Source of the DNA: Acidobacteriota bacterium | GTDB lineage: Bacteria > Acidobacteriota > UBA890 > WLXD01 | DNA length: 64,000 nt | Assembly: GCA_965205505.1 (NCBI GenBank) | Contig: CBDBHB010000007.1 | Coordinates: forward strand, 1-64,000 | Direction of reading: 5' to 3' | Part shown: positions 9,932-18,016 of the stretch, in pieces | How the letters are laid out: each line of letters begins with the position of its first letter | Position numbering within the stretch: the stretch's first letter is position 1 | The notes under the pieces: generated by a model | The model's database searches: none | Told to the model about the DNA's origin: nothing | What the model saw: the letters and a program-made list of their open reading frames with translations, nothing else | Translations under genes and position numbers: made by a program

Positions 9932-10177
9932 TAGTTCGGTCAAGGGCAATGTGGTGGCCAGCGAAGAATCGATCTGCACGCCATGCTCCTATTCGCACTC
10001 TGGTGGACGAGGATTCAGGTCGTCCGGTGCATTCTGGGGTCCGTCCCGATTCGAGGCGCTGCAATCTAGCTGCCGAGCTCGAAGCTCGTAGTGACCTTCG
10101 CAGTCGCCCGGACCGGGCGGTCAGATCGATAACCGTTGGGTCGCGTCGCCCTACCGACCTCCTGGTTGCGGGTTAGT
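9932..10177 (-). ncRNA. Putative bridge/seek RNA region of IS copy 1
   Basis: Non-coding region 3' of the transposase with stem, internal loop and hairpin (10055-10108); loop strands match the target halves; exact RNA ends unknown. Confidence 0.7.
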
Positions 10178-11224
10178 TCATGCTGCTGAAACCTCTACAG
10201 GTGCGCGCAACGGTTCGTACTCGTCTCCACTCAGCCACAGTCGGTGCAGCACAACGGCGAGCTTACGGGCGACAGCAACTGCTGCCTTTTTGTTGCCATG
10301 AGGACCACCGCGTCCGGCCAGCTTGAGCCCCCAGCGTCTGAGCTCAGTATCGGGCCCGAAGGGGCCCAGGATGTAATGCGCCGAGCCCACCAACAGGCGT
10401 CGGAGCATTTTGTCGCCCGCCTTGGTTATTCGTAGCGCAGGGTCCTTGTCCCCCGACTGCCGTTTCTTCGGTCTCAGTCCCAGGTACGGGCCCACGGCTC
10501 TGGAGGTATTGAACCGCTCCGGCTCCTCGAGCGTCAGCACATACGCCAGTGCGGTCAGAGCTCCGACCCCGGCCACTTGCTGGAGCTGCTGTGTCTCCGG
10601 GTATCGCCCCTGGCACAGCTGCACGATCTGACGCTCGTATTGCTGGATGTTGCCCGTCAGCATGGCGATCGTTTCAAGCACCGGCTCGAGCGCTCCCTTG
10701 AGCCGCTCCGGTATGTGCTCTGGCGCGGTGCGCGCGAACGCCGGCGTCGAGCACCTGGGAATACGACAACCGGCCGACTTGACCGCACCACGCACATGGC
10801 TCACCAACTGCGTGCGGCTCTTTACCAGAGCATCTCGGCTCCGAATCACGGCTAGATCCGCTCGCGCTTGTCTGCCTCGATGCTGCACCGTCTTAAGCAG
10901 CTTTGGGTCCATTCTGCCCACTCGTGCCAGGTGCTCGGCATCCAACCGGTCGGTCTTGTCGTGCTCGCCATAGATCAGCTTCAGCCGCCTCGGGTTAGCC
11001 ACCAGCACCTCATGACCCAGTTGCTTCAACTGCTCACTCATCCACGGCGAGTGCGTTCCAACCTCCAGCACTACTCGAGCGGGCTCCTCGCACCCGAACC
11101 GCCTCGCCAGCCCCTCCGGGCTCGTCCTCACCCGCCCTTCCTCCATCACCCTGCCCTTACTGTCGAGCACGCACATACGGCTGTACCGGTCGCTTACGTC
11201 CAGTCCAATCGTTACACTTGTCAT
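10178..11224 (-). CDS. IS110-family DEDD recombinase/transposase
   Basis: RuvC-like IGLDVS, VLEVG, KTDRLDA; C-terminal YLGLRP...RQSG with the catalytic Ser; AVAVARKLA. Confidence 0.96.
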   Translation of the reverse strand: MTSVTIGLDVSDRYSRMCVLDSKGRVMEEGRVRTSPEGLARRFGCEEPARVVLEVGTHSPWMSEQLKQLGHEVLVANPRRLKLIYGEHDKTDRLDAEHLARVGRMDPKLLKTVQHRGRQARADLAVIRSRDALVKSRTQLVSHVRGAVKSAGCRIPRCSTPAFARTAPEHIPERLKGALEPVLETIAMLTGNIQQYERQIVQLCQGRYPETQQLQQVAGVGALTALAYVLTLEEPERFNTSRAVGPYLGLRPKKRQSGDKDPALRITKAGDKMLRRLLVGSAHYILGPFGPDTELRRWGLKLAGRGGPHGNKKAAVAVARKLAVVLHRLWLSGDEYEPLRAPVEVSAA

Positions 11225-11321
11225 CGGCCAACCTCCTTGGGCTTCGAGCCCGTTACGTTTGAAGAAACGTTTGCAGAGCCGTCAGGCTACTGCGTTCAGG
11301 AGGTTGGCCTTCTCATCTCAT

Positions 11322-12485
11322 CTAGTTTCCGGGCGCAGCGACTCGACGAAACAACGCGTCGTAGGACGATGCCAGGTGATCCCAGCCGTGGCGCCGCGCT
11401 ACCTCGGCGGCCAGACCATCCGTTCCGGCTCGCCAACGCGCCGGATCCCGCAGCACACTCACGAGCTTGCGTTCCAGCTCGTCGCTGCCGACGTACAGGC
11501 ACAGCGAGTGCGTCCGCTCCGGTAGAACCTCCGGATAACTGAGTCGCCGCGGCACGAGGGGAATCGCCCCGGCGGCAACCGCCTCCAGCACGCTGATGCC
11601 GTAGAACTCGTGCCGGGTCGTCGATACCACTACCGTCGCCCTACGAAGCAGGGCAGCATATTCGCGACGTGGGAGGAAGCCGGAGTGGACCACCCGGTTG
11701 CCGAGCTCGCGCATGCCCGTCTCGAAGACGCTTGGCACGCCACCAGGACATTCCCCGCAGAGTGCCACCCGAAAGGGCACCTCCTGCGCCGCCACGTTGC
11801 GCAACGCAGCGAAGAACGCGTCGGGGTTCTTGTCGTACTCCCACCGGTGATTCCACAGCACCAGGGGCGGCTCATCGCACCCCTCTGCGTGACGCTCGGT
11901 GTGCCCGCCGGCGGCGGTGCGGAGATCATCGACTCGAATGCCGGGATATACCACCTCGCTCCGATCGCGCACTTGCTGCACACAGTCGAGCTCGCGCTCG
12001 TCGGGCATCGCCTCGAGGAACCGAGGAAGCCTCGCGAGTAGCTCATCACGATGGAACGCCGAGTTGAACACGACGCGGTCGGCAGCCAGCATCGATACGA
12101 GGTTCACAAAGCCGAAGTGCTCGTTCCCCGGTCCACGCTGGTGCTGTCGCCGTCGTTCGCGAACGTCGTCCGGGAGTGGGTAGGTGAGCTGGTTCTCGTG
12201 CATGTACAAGACGAGTGGCACCGGCGGCTTGTGCCAGCGAATCAATGCCAGAAACGTCGTCACGTCGAGCATGTCGGTGGCCAGAATCACGTCGACCGGC
12301 TGGAGATCCACATATTGCCGCGCCAGGGTGATCGCCGCCCCACGCATGCGCCACTTCCAAAAGCGGCCGGAAAGCGTGAGCAGCTCGAGGTCGAGCCCGC
12401 TGTGCTCGGCCAGCCCTTCGGCCCATGACGCATGGCTGCCTCCGTGGAATGGAGACAACAAGGCGACGCGGATCGAGGTATCCAA
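11322..12485 (-). CDS. Glycosyltransferase family 4 (DUF3524/GTDC1-like)
   Basis: PFHGGSH, FWKWRMRG, YMHENQLTYP, WNHRWEYDKNP and EFYGISVLEA motifs; stop codon overlaps the IS core/CTAG. Confidence 0.88.
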   Translation of the reverse strand: MDTSIRVALLSPFHGGSHASWAEGLAEHSGLDLELLTLSGRFWKWRMRGAAITLARQYVDLQPVDVILATDMLDVTTFLALIRWHKPPVPLVLYMHENQLTYPLPDDVRERRRQHQRGPGNEHFGFVNLVSMLAADRVVFNSAFHRDELLARLPRFLEAMPDERELDCVQQVRDRSEVVYPGIRVDDLRTAAGGHTERHAEGCDEPPLVLWNHRWEYDKNPDAFFAALRNVAAQEVPFRVALCGECPGGVPSVFETGMRELGNRVVHSGFLPRREYAALLRRATVVVSTTRHEFYGISVLEAVAAGAIPLVPRRLSYPEVLPERTHSLCLYVGSDELERKLVSVLRDPARWRAGTDGLAAEVARRHGWDHLASSYDALFRRVAAPGN

Positions 12486-12649
12486 TCTTGAGTTTCCCTT
12501 TGTTCAAGCCGTCAATGCATTGACTCGCCCCGAGACACAACGGCGCCTTGGGAAGCTATCGCCTACTTCGGTAGAGCGGGTTCCACTCGGCTCGCATAGC
12601 GGCGCACAACCACTGAGCTTGCCCCCGGCAATCGGTGCTAGCAGAGCGT

Positions 12650-13774
12650 CTAGCTGCCGGCGGCCTCGACGCTGGCCAGGCCGCGCGCGCCTTGCAGTTT
12701 GCTGCCAGAGAGAATCTCGCTCGTCGTACAGGCGATGTCGATACCGTACAGCCAGCGGCGCTTCGTCCTGACGTCGGCCCCGTCGAGCACGAATGCGGTA
12801 CCGTTCTTGTCAGCCACCAGGCCAGTAACGAAGACAAACGGCAACGGGAAGGGACAAGGCAGCCTCAATTCGCCGCCAACGACGAGGACCAACTCCGCCA
12901 GGTTGGCAAGCCAGTAGCGTCCGGCGGCGTCGATATCGAAGGCAGTCGCCTGAATTCCTGCCTGCTTCCACACCAGCTTCGCCTTGGTGAGGTTCTTGCC
13001 AGTGATGCGCCAGATGCCGTCCCAGCGATCCGTGAACAGCGTGCTGATCAGCGGACCGGCTTCGCCGTCGACGAAGTACACGTTGCCGGAGGAGTCCCGT
13101 GCAAGCAGTTTCGGGTTGAACAGCTCCTTGCGCGGCGCAAGCTGTGAGAACTCGCCGCTTTCGAGGTCATACCGCCAGACACGTCCGTCGGCCAACGTCT
13201 GGCCGCCGACTACAGCGCCTTGATCCGCAATGATCAAGCTTCCTCGCCCATCGAACAGCACATCGTTGACAAAGCCGAAGGACTCGGCCAATTGGCCGGG
13301 AGCGGTTAGCTCGATGAGGTTGTTGCGCGTCTTGGACACCTCGAAGAGCAATACGCGCGACACTGCCGCGATCGCCAGCAGACCAGAGGTTGAATCGAAC
13401 GCGACTCCGCGCGCGACGAAGGTTGTCTTCAGCTTCTTGGCCGTGACGCCGACGGGGGTTTCAATGTCGAACTCGAGGGCTCGAAATCGCTTCTCGGTAA
13501 CCGACAGCAGCTCCCCCGGCTCGGGGCTGAGCCGCCGCAGATCAGCGACGGCGATGACGCGGCCGGCATCGAGCCGGCGGTCTTCACGCTGCGCGGCGTG
13601 CTCGTCGGCCCGTAGAAGGCGGCGGCGTTCGAGCGCCACAGCGACCGTCGCCTCACCGGCCGATCCCATCTGCACGCCTGGCGTCGTCGCCGCTGGCGCG
13701 GCTGCGGGACTGGCCGATAGAAACGCACCGAGCAGAAGCCGGAGCGCAAACGGGCGCGAGAGTTTCCGTGGCAT
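12650..13774 (-). CDS. Hypothetical secreted protein, possible beta-propeller (NHL/SMP-30-like)
   Basis: Signal peptide; repeated blade-like motifs (GVAFDS, DVLFDG, GNVYFVD, GLVADKNG). Confidence 0.65.
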   Translation of the reverse strand: MPRKLSRPFALRLLLGAFLSASPAAAPAATTPGVQMGSAGEATVAVALERRRLLRADEHAAQREDRRLDAGRVIAVADLRRLSPEPGELLSVTEKRFRALEFDIETPVGVTAKKLKTTFVARGVAFDSTSGLLAIAAVSRVLLFEVSKTRNNLIELTAPGQLAESFGFVNDVLFDGRGSLIIADQGAVVGGQTLADGRVWRYDLESGEFSQLAPRKELFNPKLLARDSSGNVYFVDGEAGPLISTLFTDRWDGIWRITGKNLTKAKLVWKQAGIQATAFDIDAAGRYWLANLAELVLVVGGELRLPCPFPLPFVFVTGLVADKNGTAFVLDGADVRTKRRWLYGIDIACTTSEILSGSKLQGARGLASVEAAGS

Positions 13775-13866
13775 GGATGAAACGAGAGTTGCGGCGCGGA
13801 CGCGGAGCGCGCAGAGCACCGTATCGGGATGCGAATGCTCGCGATTATAGCGTGCGAGAGACTCGA

Positions 13867-13895
13867 TTGACGCGTCCTGAGCCCGAGCGTACGAT
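13867..13895 (+). promoter_or_regulatory. Sigma70-type promoter of the tRNA cluster
   Basis: TTGACG, 17 bp spacer, TACGAT, upstream of tRNA-His. Confidence 0.7.
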
Positions 13896-13955
13896 GACGG
13901 GTTCAGTGTCCTGGGTTCGAGGTTTGATGAACAATCGGCTCAGGAAATACTGGGT

Positions 13956-14032
13956 GGTGAGCGTAGCTCAACGGGCAGAGCACTCGGCTGTGGCCCGAGA
14001 GGTTGGGGGTTCAAGTCCCCTCGCTCACCCCA
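13956..14032 (+). tRNA. tRNA-His(GTG)
   Basis: Cloverleaf with G-1, anticodon arm CTCGG-CTGTGGC-CCGAG, T loop GGTTCAAGTCC, encoded CCA. Confidence 0.95.
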
Positions 14033-14035
14033 TGC

Positions 14036-14110
14036 GCGCCCGTAGCTCAGCACGGATAGAGCGTCAGATTCCGGATCTGAAAGTCGCAGGTTCAAATCCT
14101 GCCGGGCGCA
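14036..14110 (+). tRNA. tRNA-Arg(CCG)
   Basis: Acceptor GCGCCCG/CGGGCGC; anticodon arm TCAGA-TTCCGGA-TCTGA; GGTTCAAATCC. Confidence 0.93.
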
Positions 14111-14149
14111 TCTGTTTTGCTCATTTTGGTAATCTGAGCCTGGTTTCTT

Positions 14150-14187
14150 GGGCCGCTAGCTCAACTGGCAGAGCAACGGCCTCTTAA
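14150..14187 (+). repeat. Left att site: 5' half of tRNA-Lys(CTT), 38-bp direct repeat of 20731-20768
   Basis: GGGCCGCTAGCTCAACTGGCAGAGCAACGG(C)CTCTTAA, 37 of 38 identical; no T arm follows. Confidence 0.92.
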
Positions 14188-14308
14188 ACCGTTTCGAACG
14201 CTTTTTCGAGACGCCGCCAATCCGGCGTATTCCGCCGCTCTCCTCGGAAATAAACGACTTACGGACGTTACGATGATTACGAGGATTCCGAGCAGACAGC
14301 TCGGTTCA

Positions 14309-14336
14309 GGGACAGAAAAGGGACAATTTGGGGACA
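14309..14336 (+). repeat. Three GGGACA repeats at 11-bp period; putative integrase arm-type sites
   Basis: GGGACA at 14309, 14320 and 14331; same motif at 20624 and 20635. Confidence 0.7.
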
Positions 14337-14418
14337 GCACGCGCGTACCAGATCGATCGAATGGAGCCGGGCGAGAGTGCCGATAGGGAGCAGCCGAATC
14401 CACCACTGCTGGACGGCG

Positions 14419-15165
14419 CTACCCGGCCCTGAACGCACGCTTCACGTAGGCGTCGAGCAGGTTGCCAACCGCGTCGAGAACGCGGCGCAGCTCTCTCCTC
14501 GTGTTCGCGTCTAGGCCAGTCCCTTTCTCGCCGCTCAGGATCTGCATTGCTTTCTGTACTGCTGCGTCAGCGTAATAGAAGCGAGTCGCCCCCAAGGTGC
14601 TCCCCAGGGAGGCGTAGGCAAAGCGGTTGTCCTCCGAGCTCGGTAGCTCGTAGAAATGCCGTCGGAATCCGGCGACCAGTTGTTTGGACTGGCCGTAGTG
14701 GAACGCCAGGTTGTTCCGGATCTTGATCAAGACTTTGATGAACCTGTTTCCGCTGTCGTCGCCGCGCCCTCGCGAGACGGCCACTAGTTGAGTCCAGCGC
14801 CTCTTGGCGCTGGCTGGTTTCTTCTTGAACAGGCGCATCAGCTCGCGATCGTCTGTGAGGTGATCATGTTTCTTCATCAAGTCGAATAGCTCTCTAAGCG
14901 CTCCGTACATCAGCTTCTGCAGCTGAATCACTAGACCTCTCCACTCTCCGCTTGCTGGCGATACGCCCTCGTCGGGAGGTGCCTGTTCGAGCATTTCCTG
15001 AAGCAACAACAGGCCTTTCAAGTCACTAAAGAACACGGCCAAGGCGAGCATGAAACTCGCCAGTTCGTCGTCCCCGGTGCGCGGCACAAGAGCCTCGGGT
15101 GTGATCTCAGTGAGCGCTGCGAGCTCGGCTCCAAGAACGGCTGGTCGCTTCTCAGGTTTGCTCAT
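14419..15165 (-). CDS. Hypothetical helical protein with HEPN-like R-x5-H motif (candidate RNase toxin or defence cargo)
   Basis: Starts MSKPEKRP at 15165; contains KIRNNLAFH; the 407-aa ORF in the track is probably an artefactual extension. Confidence 0.6.
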   Translation of the reverse strand: MSKPEKRPAVLGAELAALTEITPEALVPRTGDDELASFMLALAVFFSDLKGLLLLQEMLEQAPPDEGVSPASGEWRGLVIQLQKLMYGALRELFDLMKKHDHLTDDRELMRLFKKKPASAKRRWTQLVAVSRGRGDDSGNRFIKVLIKIRNNLAFHYGQSKQLVAGFRRHFYELPSSEDNRFAYASLGSTLGATRFYYADAAVQKAMQILSGEKGTGLDANTRRELRRVLDAVGNLLDAYVKRAFRAG

Positions 15166-15642
15166 TGGAATCCACTGCGTCCTTCGCTGCTTGGTCAACT
15201 TCCCAAATTCCCTCGTCGCCTGTTGCCAAATCGCACGAGTACACGAGATGAGGCGGAGCGAGACGGACCGAGATATGACGAAGCCACAAATACAAGCACA
15301 GAAGGCCGAACTCCGCGTGCCCGAGTAGCTTCTCAACCCCGAGAATTTCTTCGGTATGCGCACGGCCCAGGAACGAGCCACCTTCGAAGGCTTCGCCCGG
15401 CTTTTGCAGCTTCCACAACTCTTCCACCGCCGCGAGGTATTCCCCGGGCAGATCGCCCCCAGCTCCGCCACCAGATCAACGGCTTGTAGGAACTCGCGGC
15501 AACTTCCCTCGAGCCCCAGGCGTAGCGCGAGTTCTTCATCGACTGCCAACGGTTGACGGCGCGCAGGGTCTATTGGAGTTACCGCGCTTATAGCGCTTTC
15601 CGCGCTACCGCTCATGGCTTTAGCCAACTGCAGGAACGACAT
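15152..15642 (-). CDS. Hypothetical protein, apparently frameshifted in a G5 run at about 15456-15460
   Basis: MSFLQLAKAM...VAELG continues in another frame as DLPGEYLAAVEELWKLQK...SNEQT. Confidence 0.5.
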
Positions 15643-15706
15643 ATCTCTCCCTTTGGAAAAGGAAAAGTGAAGACAACGCCAGGCGAAGCATGTGGCTCGC
15701 TACGAT

Positions 15707-18016
15707 TTACTGTCTGGTGTTGCGCGTTTGCGCCATATGCGCGGTAAGCGCCATATGCGCTGTAATTGATCGGACTAGCCTCCAGCACTCTGCCGGGCGG
15801 CCATTGGTGTTGACCTTCGACTTCACGACGAGCCCCTTCGCCGACAGCAACTTCAGTGCTGCGCCGATCTGAGCCGAAGACTTGTGGCGGTCGAAGTGAT
15901 TCCGGAGCCCAGTCCGCGTCATGCCATCAGGACAGCCATGAAGAGCGCTCAGGATCTGATCTGCGAGCGGGTTCCCCAGGTCCTCACCGAAGATGCATTT
16001 TGCTGACGCCAACGCGTAATCCCAGACAGCGAGCGCGGCATACAGGTGCTCCGGCATAATTCTGCTGCTACGGTCCAGTGACGCGTATAAGGTCGCGAGT
16101 CGCACGGTCTGCGCTTCCGCTCGCGACGTGACAGCTCCGAGCAGCCCAGGCCGCCCTTCACTCAAGGACGGATAAACGCTGGCCCATATCGGGCGCGTCT
16201 CATCTGCCCAAGTGAGCACAGTCGTGCTCGATGCCCACTCGATCGCCGCCCGCAGCTGCTTTGTCACGTTCTCCAATCCCGCCGGGTCCAAGTCGCCGCC
16301 GAAGGGAAGGGCTTTCGATCGGCGAACGCAGATCCAGAGAAATCGGTTAGCGAACCCGTTGCCGGCCTCGGTCGCCGTCAGGTAGTGGCGCAACTCCTCG
16401 GCCGTGATGTGACCGATGATCGATACGTGCGCCCCTGTCGCTCGAGTGGGACTTCCTTTCGTCAGTGTTTGGAGGTCACCGAAGTCCCAGGCGTTACGCA
16501 ACGTCGGTGAAAGAGTGTTGCCCTCGCGCCGCAGGATGCGCAGTGTTGAGGCGAACTCGGCCTCGACCACCATGAGGCGTTTGTCGATCACGCCTGGGTC
16601 ATTGACCTTAAGTTTGTCTCTCTCGCCCCCGATTACGGGATCGCGGACTGCGTGGATCAGCCCCTCACCGCTCGATAGCCCGGACTGCACCCGCTGACCC
16701 CAGGCCTCGTCTGCCAGTACGACAGCGTTGCTGGTACGGCCCTGCGCTGTCCCCTTACGACCTCCGGCAGTCTCTCCGACCCATACGACGAAGAGGCGCC
16801 CCGGGTGCTCATCCGCCTCCACACGGAGATGAGGTCCACAGCCGATCGCGTTACCCGCCATCGCGAGAAAGCCCGTCAGCAGGGCGGCCGGATCAGCCTC
16901 ACTGTGCGGCTCGACAGTCCTTACGAATTCACCGGCAAGTCCGTAAAGTGCTTCTGGTTCCAGCGGCTCCGGCCACTCGGGCACGCGGTCCTTTTTCGGC
17001 TGGCTGGTGATGGGCGCGACGGCGCTCTCCGGGGACACGGCGGCCTCGATGTCTGCCACTACCGCCTCTAGCCCACGTAGATTGGCCAGGTCGTTGAAGT
17101 CCGAGCCGGTTTCACCCGCAGCGAACGTGGGGACAGCCAAGAGCCCTTTGATTGTTCGCGCCGCACCGGTGGCAGAGGCGACTCCGGGATTGCCTTGTGT
17201 ATCCTGGTCATCGTCCGCCGCGATGATGATCTGTATCTCGCCACCGAGCTTCCGCTGAAGCGCCTGCGCCACGGGCTTGAGGTTCCAGCAATTGAATGCG
17301 ACGGCTACGGCGTGCCTCGTAGCCTCATGGATGGTGGCTCCTGTGGCGTATCCTTCGCAGATGATCAACGTGCCGCTAGGTTCACCGATCGGGTAGTAGC
17401 CTCGCTTCACCTCTGTTCCGGTCTGGAACAACTTGTCACCGTCTTCGCTGATGTACTGAAGTCCACGTCGGATCCCGTCGGTGCCGTATACGGGGATCAA
17501 GAGTTGGCCACGATCCTGCCAGATGCCGTGGGCCTGGATCGATTTTGCTTGTAGGTAGGGGTGCTCTGATGCGGCCGGGGACGCGTTTCCCCACACGTAC
17601 GCCGCTCGCTCTCGAGCCTCGGTGTGTCGTTGCTCTTCCTGCTTCCGCAGCAGGCGCTTGCTCCTCTCAGCTTTCCGACGGAACTGCTCGTGCTCGGCCG
17701 CGCTCATGGCGCCTCCTGCCTGGAGACACCACGTCTGCGAGACACCGGTGCGCCAGCTTCCGCAGGCCCCTGCCGGTGGGTCGTCGGCGTGCAAGACGTA
17801 CCAGCCGTTTCGGCTTCGGGGCTTATCGCCCTCCACGTGAAACCGCCGGAGTTGGCCGTCTGCGCAGATATCGTCCGACGGGGCGACACCCGCTTCCCGC
17901 ATCGCGCTGCGGAACTCGGAGAGGACATCCGAGAGCGTGGGAGTCTTCGCGGTCATGCTATGGGGCCGTTCCGCGACGACGCCGTCAATCTTCGGGCCGC
18001 CGTCCCGCTCGCTCAT
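15707..18016 (-). CDS. Toprim primase fused to a DUF3987-like helicase/ATPase (element replication protein)
   Basis: HPYL, GLQYI, ICEGYATG, IAADDD and GSDFNDL Toprim motifs; GETAGGRKGT, SSGEGL, LRNAWD and NGFANRFL; ATG at 18016 overlaps the xis stop (ATGA). Confidence 0.88.
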   Translation of the reverse strand: MSERDGGPKIDGVVAERPHSMTAKTPTLSDVLSEFRSAMREAGVAPSDDICADGQLRRFHVEGDKPRSRNGWYVLHADDPPAGACGSWRTGVSQTWCLQAGGAMSAAEHEQFRRKAERSKRLLRKQEEQRHTEARERAAYVWGNASPAASEHPYLQAKSIQAHGIWQDRGQLLIPVYGTDGIRRGLQYISEDGDKLFQTGTEVKRGYYPIGEPSGTLIICEGYATGATIHEATRHAVAVAFNCWNLKPVAQALQRKLGGEIQIIIAADDDQDTQGNPGVASATGAARTIKGLLAVPTFAAGETGSDFNDLANLRGLEAVVADIEAAVSPESAVAPITSQPKKDRVPEWPEPLEPEALYGLAGEFVRTVEPHSEADPAALLTGFLAMAGNAIGCGPHLRVEADEHPGRLFVVWVGETAGGRKGTAQGRTSNAVVLADEAWGQRVQSGLSSGEGLIHAVRDPVIGGERDKLKVNDPGVIDKRLMVVEAEFASTLRILRREGNTLSPTLRNAWDFGDLQTLTKGSPTRATGAHVSIIGHITAEELRHYLTATEAGNGFANRFLWICVRRSKALPFGGDLDPAGLENVTKQLRAAIEWASSTTVLTWADETRPIWASVYPSLSEGRPGLLGAVTSRAEAQTVRLATLYASLDRSSRIMPEHLYAALAVWDYALASAKCIFGEDLGNPLADQILSALHGCPDGMTRTGLRNHFDRHKSSAQIGAALKLLSAKGLVVKSKVNTNGRPAECWRLVRSITAHMALTAHMAQTRNTRQ

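Larger units (their letters stand above)
9918..11323 (-). mobile_element. IS1111-group (IS110 family) insertion sequence, copy 1, intact
   Basis: Sub-terminal IRs ATGAGAAGGCC (9921-9931) and GGCCTTCTCAT (11306-11316); CT core at 9916-17 and 11322-23; long non-coding region downstream of the transposase; near-identical copy at 50596-51997. Confidence 0.93.

Noticed and set aside
9642-10176. Short ORFs across the repeat and IS right end (e.g. 9659..9934, 9949..10176 and their copies near 50.3-50.8 kb)
   Set aside because: No protein motifs; they arise from a GC-rich palindromic repeat and the antisense of the putative RNA
9642-11323. Repeat plus IS as one composite element duplicated together
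   Set aside because: The 55 bp adjoining the IS are much more divergent than the IS itself, and the sub-terminal IRs and CT cores delimit the IS without the repeat
14150-14230. Second complete tRNA-Lys
   Set aside because: No T arm or 3' acceptor strand; it is the att fragment
14419-15642. Single 407-aa ORF in the track
   Set aside because: Its middle reads as non-protein-like while another frame continues naturally; better explained as two genes plus a frameshift
15584-15765. CRISPR array
   Set aside because: Repeats are 9-18 bp with no unique spacers; no cas genes or repeat-spacer arrays seen anywhere in the window
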